DNA of 64,000 bases, from the NCBI GenBank assembly GCA_035456265.1, contig DATIDP010000149.1, positions 2,719 to 66,718 on the forward strand. The letters run 5' to 3'. Both the position numbers and the translations under genes were made by a program. The notes beneath the pieces are model-generated. The model saw only the letters and a program-made list of their open reading frames with translations, made no database searches and was not told the origin of the DNA. Source of the stretch: Solirubrobacterales bacterium (GTDB lineage: Bacteria; Actinomycetota; Thermoleophilia; Solirubrobacterales; 70-9). Each line of letters opens with the position of its first letter. Positions within the stretch are counted from its first letter, which is position 1. Of the stretch, positions 36,875 to 46,484 are shown piece by piece.

Positions 36875-37990
36875 TCATCGCCGCGGGCCGAGAAGATCGC
36901 GGTACAGCCCCATCGTCTGGTCCCCGATCCGCTCCCACGAGTACGTCGTGGCGGCCGCCCTCGTCGCGGCATCGGCCAGCGCATCCCGGGCGGAGCGGTC
37001 GGCGAGCAGCTCGTTCAGCGTCAGGGCCAGGGCGTCCGGGTCCCCGGGAGGAACCAGGCGCGCCGCTCCCTGCGCGGCGATCTCAGGGAAACCGCCGACC
37101 GAGCTGAGCACCAGCGGCCGGCCGAAGGCAAGCCCCGTGTAGAGGACACCCGACTGCTCGATGTTCCGGTAGGGCAGGACGACCAGGTCCGCCCGCCGCA
37201 TGAACGCCGGGATCTCCGGGTCCGTCACGAAACGGTCCACGAACCGCACCGTGCCCGGTGCTCGCCGGGCCAGCGCTCGAAGCTCGTCCATCGGCATCCG
37301 TGGCATGCCGACCACCCAGAGCTCCGCTCCCTCGACCTGCCGAAAGGCCTCGAGCAGGACGTCGGTCCCCTTGTACGGGCGCACGAGCCCGAAGGCCAGG
37401 ATCACCGGCCCGGTGACCTCACGCAGCTCCTCGGGCAGAAGCACCTCGTCCTCCTGGCGCGTCAGGTAGTCGAAGGCGCCGTGCGGGATCACGCGGAGAC
37501 TCTCCCGCGGAACGCCGAAGTCCGCCTCCAGCCGGCGGGCCCCGTGCTCGCTGTGCACCACCACCGCATCCATCTCCCCGAGCAGCCGCGTCAGGGTGCG
37601 CCCGATGCGCGTTCCGGCATCGGGTAGCCGCCAGTGCATCGTGTAGAGGCGCGGGCGATCGGCCGGCAGCAGGTGGCGGTCGAGCGCGGGGATCGGCAGC
37701 CACATGTAGTGGACGACGTCGGCGCCCTCCGCGACGCGGCGGTAGCGCAGCATGTCGGACAGGTGCTCGGCCGCACGAAGGACCCGCCGTCGTCGAAGCC
37801 CGACGCCCTCTCGCGAGGAGCGTCGATAGAAGAACTCGCTCACCCCATATCCCTCCCCAGCGGGGACGGGCCCATACGAAAAGTGCGAGGTGACGAGCTC
37901 GACCTCCGCGCCCCCCCGTGCGAGGGCCCCCGCGAGGGCGTGGTCGTACGGGGGCGTGTAGGCCGCCGGATCGACGATCTGGACTCGCAT
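36875..37990 (-). CDS. glycosyltransferase family 4 (GT-B)
   Basis: C-terminal GT1/GT4 pattern (VVLPYRNIEQSGVLYTGLAFGRPLV...GGFPE). Confidence 0.8.
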   Translation of the reverse strand: MRVQIVDPAAYTPPYDHALAGALARGGAEVELVTSHFSYGPVPAGEGYGVSEFFYRRSSREGVGLRRRRVLRAAEHLSDMLRYRRVAEGADVVHYMWLPIPALDRHLLPADRPRLYTMHWRLPDAGTRIGRTLTRLLGEMDAVVVHSEHGARRLEADFGVPRESLRVIPHGAFDYLTRQEDEVLLPEELREVTGPVILAFGLVRPYKGTDVLLEAFRQVEGAELWVVGMPRMPMDELRALARRAPGTVRFVDRFVTDPEIPAFMRRADLVVLPYRNIEQSGVLYTGLAFGRPLVLSSVGGFPEIAAQGAARLVPPGDPDALALTLNELLADRSARDALADAATRAAATTYSWERIGDQTMGLYRDLLGPRR

Positions 37991-38949
37991 GGGCGAGCAT
38001 TCTCGCCGTGCTGCTCTCTTACTGCGTGGTCAACACGAATGGCCGGGAGTTCCTGCTCGCCTGTCTGGAGGCAATCGAGCGCACCGCGCCGCCGGATCTC
38101 GACCACGAGATTCTGGTGCTCGACAACGCCTCGGACGACGGATCCGCGGACGCGGTCAGGGCTCTCGACCGGGAGATCCGCCTGGTCGCACTCGACCGGC
38201 GCGAGGGCAAGGCGGCGAACGACGACCGTCTGCTCCGTGAGGCGAAGGGGGAGTTCTGCCTGCTGCTCAATGAGGACTCGGAGCTCGAGCCGGGGGCGGT
38301 GCCCGCCCTGATCGGAGCGCTGCGGTCGGACCGGCGGGCCGCCCTGGCCGGCGCCCAGCTGCTCTGCCCCGATCGCCGTCCGGTGCCCTGCGCCTGGCGG
38401 CTGCCGGGCGTCAAGACCGCCCTGGCGGGGGCGCTTTTCCTCCACCGCCGTTTCACGGTTGAGAGCGGCGACGGGGGAACCCGCCCCGTCGGCTGGGTGC
38501 AGTCGAGCGCCATGCTCGTGCGCCGGGAGGCGGCCCTTCGAATTGGGGGCTTCGACCCCGATTTCTTCGTCTACTCGGACGAGACCGATTTCTGCAAGCG
38601 CCTCACGGATGCGGGCTGGCGGATCCTCTACGTCCCCGCCGCGCGGGCGATCCACCACGACCAGATGGCCCAGGACGCGGCCGGGGCCGAGCGCCGCATC
38701 GTCGAGTATCACCGCGGCAGGGATCGGTACCTGCGCAAGCACCTCGGGCCGGCCCGGGCCGCGCTGCTTCGGCCGCTGCTCGCCTGGCCCTATCTGCTCC
38801 GCGCGCTGGGGGCCCTCGTCCTGCCGGGACACTCCCCCCGTCGCTACTGGCTGCACGCCCGCCAGGCGCTGACGCCTGGGCGGGGCCAGGGCATTCGCGA
38901 GGCCGCCGAGGCTTACAACCGGCGTCTCCATCAGGCTGACCGGCCATGA
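37918..38949 (+). CDS. glycosyltransferase family 2
   Basis: LLSYCVVNTNGREFL...LDNASDDGS...LLNEDSEL. The real start is probably GTG 38008; the track start at 37918 would overlap the divergent GT4 gene by 73 nt. Confidence 0.8.
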   Translation: MRGPPRGRGRTGACRPPDRRSGLAWASILAVLLSYCVVNTNGREFLLACLEAIERTAPPDLDHEILVLDNASDDGSADAVRALDREIRLVALDRREGKAANDDRLLREAKGEFCLLLNEDSELEPGAVPALIGALRSDRRAALAGAQLLCPDRRPVPCAWRLPGVKTALAGALFLHRRFTVESGDGGTRPVGWVQSSAMLVRREAALRIGGFDPDFFVYSDETDFCKRLTDAGWRILYVPAARAIHHDQMAQDAAGAERRIVEYHRGRDRYLRKHLGPARAALLRPLLAWPYLLRALGALVLPGHSPRRYWLHARQALTPGRGQGIREAAEAYNRRLHQADRP

Positions 38950-39965
38950 GGATCCTCGAGGTGACTCAGATGTGGCCGAGTGAGGAGCACCCGGATCTGG
39001 GCAGCTTTCTGGTCCCCCTGACCCGGGAGCTGAGAGCGCTCGGCCACGAGGTCGAGGTCTCCTCCATCAGCCGCCGGGGCGGATCGCCGACGGAGTACCT
39101 GACCCTGGCGCGCAAGGCCCGCGCCGCGGCCGGCAGCTTCAAGCCCGACGTCGTCTTCGCCCACTTCCTCTTTCCCGCAGGCGCCGCCGGCGCGCTGGCC
39201 GCGCGCAGGGCAGGGGTGCCGCTCGTCGTCATGGCCCACGGCCAGGACGTCGCGAATCTCGGGCGAGTCCCGGGCGTCAGAGCGGCGACCCGCTGGGTGG
39301 TCGGCCGCTCAGCCGCGGTGATCGCGAACTCGCGCTGGCTGGCGGGTCGTCTGACGGACAAGATCGCGTCGGCCGAGCCGAAGATCGAGGTCGCGGACCT
39401 GGGGGTCGACTTGGAGACCTTCGCGCCACGGGCGGCCGCCGAGGCTCGCCGCGAGCTCGGCTGGGATGGCGAGGGACCGTCGTTCCTGTGCGTCGGGTCG
39501 CTGATCGAGCGCAAGAACGTCGTCGCGCTCGCCGACGCCTTCGGCTCGCTGAGAAGGGGGCGTCTCGCATTCGTCGGCGACGGCCCGCTGAGGCCGCAGC
39601 TCGAGGGTCGGGCGAAGGTGGCCCTCACGGGCCGGATCCCGCAATCGGAGGTGCCTCGGTGGATCGCAGCGTGCGACGTCCTCTGCCAGCCCTCGCTGAT
39701 CGAGCCGTTCGGCCAAGCGACCCTCGAGGCGATGGCGATGGAGCGCAGCGTCGTCGCGACCAGTGTGGGTGGGCCGCCGGAGTTCGTCACGCCCGAGGCG
39801 GGCGTGCTGGTCGACCCGCAGGATCCCGCCGCTCTCCCCCGCGCGATGGAGCTGGCGGCGAGCAAGCCCACGCCGAACGGGGCAGCCCGCGAGGCCGCGG
39901 CAGAGCACGACGTGAAGAGGCAGGCGGCGCGGATGGCCGAGGTGCTCGAGCGGGCGGCCTCCTAG
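38946..39965 (+). CDS. glycosyltransferase family 4 (GT-B)
   Basis: FLCVGSLIERKN...CQPSLIEPFGQATLEAMAMERSVVAT. ATGA overlap with the upstream GT2 gene. Confidence 0.85.
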   Translation: MRILEVTQMWPSEEHPDLGSFLVPLTRELRALGHEVEVSSISRRGGSPTEYLTLARKARAAAGSFKPDVVFAHFLFPAGAAGALAARRAGVPLVVMAHGQDVANLGRVPGVRAATRWVVGRSAAVIANSRWLAGRLTDKIASAEPKIEVADLGVDLETFAPRAAAEARRELGWDGEGPSFLCVGSLIERKNVVALADAFGSLRRGRLAFVGDGPLRPQLEGRAKVALTGRIPQSEVPRWIAACDVLCQPSLIEPFGQATLEAMAMERSVVATSVGGPPEFVTPEAGVLVDPQDPAALPRAMELAASKPTPNGAAREAAAEHDVKRQAARMAEVLERAAS

Positions 39966-40879
39966 CCGGCGCGGCTCATCGCCCGCTGCTGCTCCCAGTC
40001 GCTCGCCGCCTTCCAGAGCTGCTGGAACCTGGCGTAGCGCTCGTCGCCGTCCAGCCAGGGAGCCCGAAAGCGCCGCTTCGCACGGATGAAGCGGATCCAC
40101 GACTTGATCCGGCCCCTGCGATCGAGACGAGGCGGAAGTACGCCGAAATAGCGCCGGCAGTACTCCGGGGAGCGCGTCGGCCGATAGGCAAGCTCCCCCT
40201 CCCGGTACTCACGGACGTAGCGCAGCAGGCCGCTCAGCTCGGTCGTGTCGTAGTGCTTCACAGCGGCCCTCGGCGCGTACCCGAACCGATAGCCGCGGTC
40301 CGCCAGCGCCGCCGCCAGCGCGGTCTCGGCAAAGCAACCGAAGCGATGCTCGAAGCCGCCCGCATCGAGGTAGGCATCGAGACGAACCGCGAACCCCCTG
40401 ATCGTGACCTTCCGCCAGTCGCCCTCACGGCTCCACTCCTCGAAGCCGTCCGCGTACCAGCGCCGTTCGCAACTGGCCACCGGGTCGGGGCTGCCATCGC
40501 TGAGCGAGCGGATGCAGGCACCGGCATAACGCGACTCGTTCTCCGACAGATACGCGAGCAGGGAGGAGAGGCAGTCCGGCTCGGCGACCGTGTGCGCCTC
40601 CGTGAAGAGCAGCCATCGCCCCCGCGCCGCCCGTGCGCCGCGATCGTGCAGCTCCAGCTCCTGGTTCGAGGAGAAGCTGAGCAGCCGGTCGTGGGATGTG
40701 AGGAGCGGCTCGACCTGCTTCTCGACCTCGGGCTCGTTCCCGCTCGCAACGGCGATCACCTCATATCGGTCGCGCGGGAGACCCTGCCCGCGCGCCCAGC
40801 TCTGGACGCACTCGGGGGCGTGCCCATCGTGATCGAACAGCGTGAGCACAACGGAGATCTCCGGGGCGCTACGAGCCAT
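39962..40879 (-). CDS. GT-A fold (family 2-like) glycosyltransferase, divergent
   Basis: ISVVLTLFDHDGHAPECV...WLLFTEAH in place of a classical DxD. About 305 aa. Confidence 0.55.
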   Translation of the reverse strand: MARSAPEISVVLTLFDHDGHAPECVQSWARGQGLPRDRYEVIAVASGNEPEVEKQVEPLLTSHDRLLSFSSNQELELHDRGARAARGRWLLFTEAHTVAEPDCLSSLLAYLSENESRYAGACIRSLSDGSPDPVASCERRWYADGFEEWSREGDWRKVTIRGFAVRLDAYLDAGGFEHRFGCFAETALAAALADRGYRFGYAPRAAVKHYDTTELSGLLRYVREYREGELAYRPTRSPEYCRRYFGVLPPRLDRRGRIKSWIRFIRAKRRFRAPWLDGDERYARFQQLWKAASDWEQQRAMSRAG

Positions 40880-40901
40880 CCGTATACGCTCGCTCTCTCA
40901 G

Positions 40902-41816
40902 ATGCTCGGGATCGAGGTCACCGGGGAGGAGCGTGCAGCCGGCCGGCTCGGGCCCGAGAGCTTCCGAGCCGCCTCCCTCCTGCTTCACACCGCGGGTTAT
41001 GTCGTGCTGCGGGATGCCCTCCCCCGCGACCTGGTCGCCGACGTTCGCGATGCATTCGACGAGATCCTCCGGGACTGCATGGCGAGCAGGCAGGGGGAGG
41101 GCTGGTACCAGGTGTCCGAGCGGCGGCAGGCGGTCTTCTGGGAGCGAGGCGCTCGCTGGCGCATCTTCCCCAAGCTGAGTCCGCCGCTCAGCGATCCACG
41201 GCTGCTCGCGAACCCGCTGGTGATCTCGCTGCTCGAGGAATCGCTCGGCCCCGGCTTCCGCTGCAAGTTCGTCTCCAGCGACACCTGCCTCAGGGGATCG
41301 GCGACGCAGGCGCCTCACCGGGAGCTTGGGGCAGGCGGTGCGCGAGAGCCCCGCGCCTACGTCGTCAACGTGCCCCTCGCACGGTGCACCCGGCGAAACG
41401 GGCCGATCGAGGTCTGGCCGACTGCGAGCCATCTCTGGAGCACGGAGGTGCTGGACCGCCACGGGGTGACCGACGACGTTCAGGACGGGTCCAACGGGTC
41501 GATCGAGGCGCTTGCCCGGCGACTGCCGTCGGAGCGCCTCCTGCTCGAGCCCGGAAGCCTGCTGATCCGCAATCCGGGGATGCTCCATCGCGGAACCCCC
41601 AACCGCACACGCCGACCTCGCTCGATGCTGACGGTCTGCTACCTGGGCCGCGGCTACGACTACGACTACGGCAGCGCCGAGTACAACCTCGACCCGGAGC
41701 TCCTCGCCCGCCTCCATCCGGAGGTCCGGCGGCTCTTTCCGGAGCTCGAGCGCGATCAGGGAACCGGCCCTCTCCACGACAGGCGGACGGCCCCCTCGAC
41801 GCAGCCCCTCGCATAG
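40902..41816 (+). CDS. phytanoyl-CoA dioxygenase (PhyH) family Fe(II)/2-oxoglutarate oxygenase
   Basis: GYVVLRDALP..., NGPIEVWPTASH and LIRNPGMLHRGTPN patterns. ATG 40902 is preferred over the track GTG 40842, which overlaps the divergent gene. Confidence 0.65.
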   Translation: MLGIEVTGEERAAGRLGPESFRAASLLLHTAGYVVLRDALPRDLVADVRDAFDEILRDCMASRQGEGWYQVSERRQAVFWERGARWRIFPKLSPPLSDPRLLANPLVISLLEESLGPGFRCKFVSSDTCLRGSATQAPHRELGAGGAREPRAYVVNVPLARCTRRNGPIEVWPTASHLWSTEVLDRHGVTDDVQDGSNGSIEALARRLPSERLLLEPGSLLIRNPGMLHRGTPNRTRRPRSMLTVCYLGRGYDYDYGSAEYNLDPELLARLHPEVRRLFPELERDQGTGPLHDRRTAPSTQPLA

Positions 41817-42718
41817 CTCAGCCGGATCAGCCAGGTCGGACGCTCGGTGACGAAGCGGACGTATCCCTCCGGATATCGCTGCAGGACCTCCATGACCTCG
41901 CGCAGCGACCAGGCGAGGGCGTCCAGCCGGGGACGGGGCTGTGGGGACAGCGCGAGGGCTCTCAGAAGGGCCTCCGCCCTCCCGAACCCCCTGTGGAGCC
42001 GGCGCAGGTAGGCCAGGCCCATCCGATCGGCGGGAATCAGGTGGCGGAGCTGGAGGTCGGGGGAGTACCAGACCTCCCATCCCGCTCGCAGGATCCGCAA
42101 TGAGATCTCGGCATCCTCACCCGCCGACAGGGTTCTGGAGCGGCGTCCGCGGAGCACGCCCCGTTCGATCCAGCCGCTGTCGACGACGGCCTCGCGCCGC
42201 ACCACCAGCCCCGCTCCCACCGGCATCCGCCACCCGCGGATCGGCATGCGGCGCGCCTCGGCTCCCAAGTCCTGCCGGGCCAGGCTCTCGCCGTAGAGGT
42301 CCGCCAGGGGGGTCGGCGGCTGCGCCCAGAGCAGGTCGTTTCGCCCGCCGAAGGCCCCGGCTCGAGGGTTCTCCTCCGCGAACGTGAGCGCCCGGGTGAC
42401 CCAGTCGGGTGCCAGAAGGCAGTCGTCGTCGACGAATCCGATCAGGCGACCGTGGCTTTCCCTCAGACCGCGTCTACGGGCCGGCGCGATCCCCGACCGT
42501 CGCTCACTGACGTAGCGAAGCCGCGGAATCCGTCCGCTCTCTCCCCAGCGCCTGGCGACCTCCGCCGTCGCATCGGTGCAGCGGTTGGCGACCACCAGCA
42601 CCTCGACGCCGGCATCAGACGGCAGCACCTGACGGGCGACGCTCTCCAGTGCCCGGTCGAGCAGGTGGGCGTTGTTGCGAGTGCAGATCAGCAGCGTCAG
42701 ATCCATCGGGGCCGCCAC
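41756..42718 (-). CDS. glycosyltransferase family 2
   Basis: LTLLICTRNNAHLLDRALESV...VVANRCTDAT...FVDDDCLLAPDW. Confidence 0.8.
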   Translation of the reverse strand: MAAPMDLTLLICTRNNAHLLDRALESVARQVLPSDAGVEVLVVANRCTDATAEVARRWGESGRIPRLRYVSERRSGIAPARRRGLRESHGRLIGFVDDDCLLAPDWVTRALTFAEENPRAGAFGGRNDLLWAQPPTPLADLYGESLARQDLGAEARRMPIRGWRMPVGAGLVVRREAVVDSGWIERGVLRGRRSRTLSAGEDAEISLRILRAGWEVWYSPDLQLRHLIPADRMGLAYLRRLHRGFGRAEALLRALALSPQPRPRLDALAWSLREVMEVLQRYPEGYVRFVTERPTWLIRLSYARGCVEGAVRLSWRGPVP

Positions 42719-42764
42719 TCTAGATGCGTCAGGTCGACCTGCAGGACATCGGGCTGCTCAAGCG

Positions 42765-44354
42765 CTAGCGGATCGCGTCCTCGTCCCGCTGCTCGGCCTC
42801 GAGGGTCTCCCGGGTCAGGCGCGGGCGGCGGCCGTCGCCGCGCTTCGCCTGCCCCGCGGGCTCGATCTCCGGCTCGGGCGGCGGAGCCTCCCGCAGCCGG
42901 CTCAGCGCGGCGCTGACATAGGAGGGGCTGAGCACGCGCCCGGCGGCCTGGCGCTCCTCCTCGTTCAGGAAGCCCGTCGCCCAGAGCAGCAGGGGATAGG
43001 CGAGCCAGAGCGACGTACGCCCGGCGAGCCCGCCGACACCGGAGGTCGGCAGCAGCAGCTCCCCAGCGGCCACCAGCAGGACGGCCAGGCCGGTCGCCTG
43101 GGCGAGGCGCAGCCATTCGTACGGGACGTGGAAGAGCCGCTGGGTGAAGAGGTACATCAGCACCAGCACCACGGCGTAGGACGCCACCAGCGAGATACCG
43201 GCGCCCACGATCCCGAGCGACGGGAGCAAGGCGAAGTTGAGGCCGATGTTGACCAGCGTCCCCGCCCCGGTGGCCGGGAAGTTGAACTCGGTCCGGCCCG
43301 TGCGGCCCAGGACGATCACCAGGACGAGATAGAGCGCGTAGAGCATGACCCCGGTCGAGACGAGGCCGATCGTCTTGTAGGAGTCGAAGAACTCGGGCGC
43401 CGCGAGCGCGCGAACGATCCAGCGGGATAGCAGCCACATCCCGGCGACGACGAAGGTCGTCACCGAGACGAACCAGGTGACGATCACCGCGTAGGCGCGC
43501 CGCGCCTCGTCGTCGTCCTGGATCGAGTACGCGAGCGGAGGCCAGGCGAGCTGGAATCCCTTGACGAGCACGTTCACCGCCTGCGCGAACTTCACCGAGA
43601 GGCTGTAGAGGCCGGCGTCGCCGAGGCCGACCAGCCGGACGATCAGCACCCGGTCGATGAAGTTCAGCGAGTAGAGGGAGAGCTCGGCCGGCATCGTCGG
43701 AAGCCCCCAGCGCAGCATCCGCCGCCAAAGGGCGGCGTCGGGCACCAGCGCGAGCCTGTGCCGCTGCGCGAAGACCAGCCCGGCCAGGAACAGCCCGCCG
43801 GTGCCGTACTGGCCCCAGAGCAGGCCGCTCGCGCCTTTGCCCTCCCCCACGACCAGCCAGACCGTCACCGGGATCGTGACCAGGACGTTCGCGACCGTGA
43901 AGGCGAAGTACGCCTTGGCCCGCTCGTCGATCCGGAAGAGCGCGGTGAGGAACTCGAACATCGTGAAGACCCAGAGGCCGAAGACCGCGATCCGCATGAG
44001 CCCCGCGTCGGAGTGATCGAGCAGCAACCGCGAGAGCGGCTCCGCCAGGGGCATGGCGATGACCATCCCGATCGTCGTGGTCCAGAGCAGCGAGGCGAAG
44101 GCCGTCTTCACCACCTGGGCCGGCTCCTCGCCGGCCTGGTAGTAGAAGCGCAGGAGCGCCTCGATGATCCCCAGCCGGATGACGATGCTGGCGGCGATCA
44201 CGCCCGTCACCAGCACCTCGGCGGCGCCGTAGTCCGCGGGCGTCAGGTACCGCGTGTAAAGCGGCAGCAGGGCGACTGCGATCAGCTTCGAGATCACGCT
44301 CGAGGCCGTGTACGCGGCGCCCGTCGTCGCCAGGCGGCGGAGGTAGCCGGTCAT
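42765..44354 (-). CDS. wzx: polysaccharide flippase (Wzx/MOP superfamily) with cytoplasmic C-terminal tail
   Basis: 12-14 TM helices, N-terminus MTGYLRRLATTGAAYTASSVISKLI. ATG 44354 lies just after the upstream stop. Confidence 0.75.
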   Translation of the reverse strand: MTGYLRRLATTGAAYTASSVISKLIAVALLPLYTRYLTPADYGAAEVLVTGVIAASIVIRLGIIEALLRFYYQAGEEPAQVVKTAFASLLWTTTIGMVIAMPLAEPLSRLLLDHSDAGLMRIAVFGLWVFTMFEFLTALFRIDERAKAYFAFTVANVLVTIPVTVWLVVGEGKGASGLLWGQYGTGGLFLAGLVFAQRHRLALVPDAALWRRMLRWGLPTMPAELSLYSLNFIDRVLIVRLVGLGDAGLYSLSVKFAQAVNVLVKGFQLAWPPLAYSIQDDDEARRAYAVIVTWFVSVTTFVVAGMWLLSRWIVRALAAPEFFDSYKTIGLVSTGVMLYALYLVLVIVLGRTGRTEFNFPATGAGTLVNIGLNFALLPSLGIVGAGISLVASYAVVLVLMYLFTQRLFHVPYEWLRLAQATGLAVLLVAAGELLLPTSGVGGLAGRTSLWLAYPLLLWATGFLNEEERQAAGRVLSPSYVSAALSRLREAPPPEPEIEPAGQAKRGDGRRPRLTRETLEAEQRDEDAIR

Positions 44355-44358
44355 GGGA

Positions 44359-45912
44359 CTAGGCGACTGTAGGAGCGGGGGCGGACTCCGCCTCGGCCGC
44401 CTCGCCGACACGCCGCGGCCATCCCCCCGCACCCATCTCGGCCGCCAGCACCCCGCCGAGGGCGAGCAGCGCCCAGGTGAGCGGATCGGTGAGGTAGGCC
44501 GCGTAGCCGATGGTGTGGGCGAGCAGCGCGATGAAGGCGGCCGCCAGGCCGATCCTGGCCGGGGTGAGCTCCACCCGGTCCCCCTCCTCGAGCGACCGGA
44601 AGTCGCCGCGGAGCCCGGGAGCGATCGGTCTCATCCCCGAGAAAAGGGTCCAGAGGGCGGCCGCCAGGAGGGCCAGGTAAGCGGCGATCCCGATCACGCC
44701 CTGCTCGGCGGCGACCGTGATCGGCTCGGTGTGAGAGATCGTGGTGTCGCCCGGCGGAACGTCCTCGGCCTTCGCGAACTCCTTGGAGAACGAGGCCGAG
44801 CCGTAGCCGTAGACCGGCCGGTGCCAGGCGAGCTTCGCGCCGCCGCTGATCAGGCTGCTGTGTCCCTCGCTGATGTCGCGGGAGCTCTCGTTGGATCCCC
44901 CCGCGAGGAAGAACACCGCGAGGATGGTCGCCGCCAGCCCGACCGCGGCACCGGCCGCCACCCTGCCGACGCTCCAGCGCAGCGCGGCGAGGACCGCGAG
45001 CCCCGCGAAGAGGCTGGCGAAGGTCGTCTGCGAGAACGAGAAGACGAGCCCTGCGAAGGTGATCGCGAGGGCGCCGACCAGGACGAACGCGACGCGCCGA
45101 TCGGAGGTCCAGAGCAGGACCGCGCAGGCGAGCAGGATGGCCACCATCAGATAGCGGCCGTAGATGTTCGGGTCCCAGAAGAGCGAGTTGACCCGGAAGT
45201 AGAAGTGGAAGTCGTTCGACGCCTCGAGCTTGCCGTTCCAGAAGATGTGCTCGGTGGCGTACTGGCCGATACCGATGCCCGCGAAGAGCAGGGCCTCGAG
45301 CAGGAGCAGGGCGAAGGCGAGGCGAAGCAGCCGCCGGTCCCATTCCGCCATCGCCAGCAGGCAGAAGAGCACCGCGAACGGCGTCAGGAAGAACCCGATG
45401 TTCCGGGCCGCGAAGTCGAGATCGGCCGAGTACGTCGCCTGCAGCGCGTAGAGACAGATGACCAGGACGACGGCGAGCACCAGGGGCCGTGGGAGAGCGC
45501 GCATCCGGGCTCGGCCCCGCAGGGCGTCGACGGCGGTCGCCAGGACGCCGGCCCCGATCACCGCGTACAGCGGGATCAGCAGGTTGACCGCCTGTCCGCC
45601 CGCCACATGGAACCGGATGCGAAAGGGAAGCGTTGCGACCACGAGCAGCGGCAGGAGGACGGGCCAGCGCACCATCGCCGCCGCGAGCGCACAGAGGACG
45701 GCGACGGCGCCGAGAACGGTCCCGGCGAACTCCAGATGGTGGCCTCGCAGGCTGGCGAGCTCGTCCCAGCCCTGGCCGGCCACCAGCGCGGTCGCGATCC
45801 CCATCGCGGCCAGGAGCGCCGCGGCGCGCAGGCGGGAGTCGGGAACCAGCAGGGCCGCCGAGACCGACGCCGCCGCAGCCAGGCAGCCGGCGATCTCGAG
45901 CGCCCCGCTCAC
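44359..45912 (-). CDS. O-antigen ligase/polymerase-like (Wzy-type) membrane protein
   Basis: More than 10 TM helices with one larger loop. Its position next to the flippase is typical of Wzy_C-family proteins. Confidence 0.7.
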   Translation of the reverse strand: MSGALEIAGCLAAAASVSAALLVPDSRLRAAALLAAMGIATALVAGQGWDELASLRGHHLEFAGTVLGAVAVLCALAAAMVRWPVLLPLLVVATLPFRIRFHVAGGQAVNLLIPLYAVIGAGVLATAVDALRGRARMRALPRPLVLAVVLVICLYALQATYSADLDFAARNIGFFLTPFAVLFCLLAMAEWDRRLLRLAFALLLLEALLFAGIGIGQYATEHIFWNGKLEASNDFHFYFRVNSLFWDPNIYGRYLMVAILLACAVLLWTSDRRVAFVLVGALAITFAGLVFSFSQTTFASLFAGLAVLAALRWSVGRVAAGAAVGLAATILAVFFLAGGSNESSRDISEGHSSLISGGAKLAWHRPVYGYGSASFSKEFAKAEDVPPGDTTISHTEPITVAAEQGVIGIAAYLALLAAALWTLFSGMRPIAPGLRGDFRSLEEGDRVELTPARIGLAAAFIALLAHTIGYAAYLTDPLTWALLALGGVLAAEMGAGGWPRRVGEAAEAESAPAPTVA

Positions 45913-46484
45913 GGCGACCCCCCCGCGGCCGGTATGTCGAGACGCTCACCCGAGACGGCCGTGCGGTCGGCGTCCTGGAGGGTCAGCTGAAGGTGATAGC
46001 TGCCCGGGGGCACCGGGTTTCCGGCGGCGTCGCGGCCGTTCCAGGCAAAGCAATGGGCGGTGTCGCTGCCGGTAAGGGGCTGATCGGAGGCGAGCACCCG
46101 GACGAGGTGATCGGCCGAGTCGACGACGGCGACCTTCACCGTGTCGTCGCGGGTGAGCCGGAAGCAGACCCGGTAGCGCGGGCCGGGGCGAGTCTTCCAG
46201 TGGATCGAGCTGGCGACGGGGCCGTCGTGCCTCAGATGCTGGGTCAGCACCATCGCCGCAGCGGTGCCGGCGAGCAGGAGGGCCACCGTCACTGCGGAGA
46301 TCAGGGCGACCGGTCGAGTGCGCTTGCTCAGATTCCCGAGCCGGTCGTGCTGGCCCCACTCGAGCCGGCCTTGTCGTCTCCGAGGACTACGGCGACCGGA
46401 TCTCCCTCCGCGGCGACCCGGACCTCGTTGTCCATCGGCTGCTGCTTCGGGATGCCGACGATTCGCGAGATCACCCCCGCGCAC
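45909..46484 (-). CDS. membrane-anchored FlgD-Ig-like domain protein; start uncertain
   Basis: TM (RPVALISAVTVALLLAGTAAAMVL), then CFAWNGRDAAGNPVPPGSYHLQLTL (FlgD_ig-like). The only canonical start, 46484, overlaps the upstream gene by 157 nt. CTG 46331 would form a CTGA junction. Confidence 0.5.
   Translation of the reverse strand: MRGGDLANRRHPEAAADGQRGPGRRGGRSGRRSPRRRQGRLEWGQHDRLGNLSKRTRPVALISAVTVALLLAGTAAAMVLTQHLRHDGPVASSIHWKTRPGPRYRVCFRLTRDDTVKVAVVDSADHLVRVLASDQPLTGSDTAHCFAWNGRDAAGNPVPPGSYHLQLTLQDADRTAVSGERLDIPAAGGSP

Noticed and set aside
39488-42103. 871-aa plus-strand ORF.
   Set aside because: Low-complexity Arg/Pro/Ala-rich translation that crosses four recognisable genes in other frames or on the other strand. 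A typical high-GC shadow ORF.
44351-45990. Alternative-frame and antisense ORFs (44351..45949 minus, 44353..45990 plus) over the Wzy-like gene.
   Set aside because: Only frame 44359..45912 gives a coherent polytopic membrane protein. The others are Arg/Gly/Pro-rich shadows.
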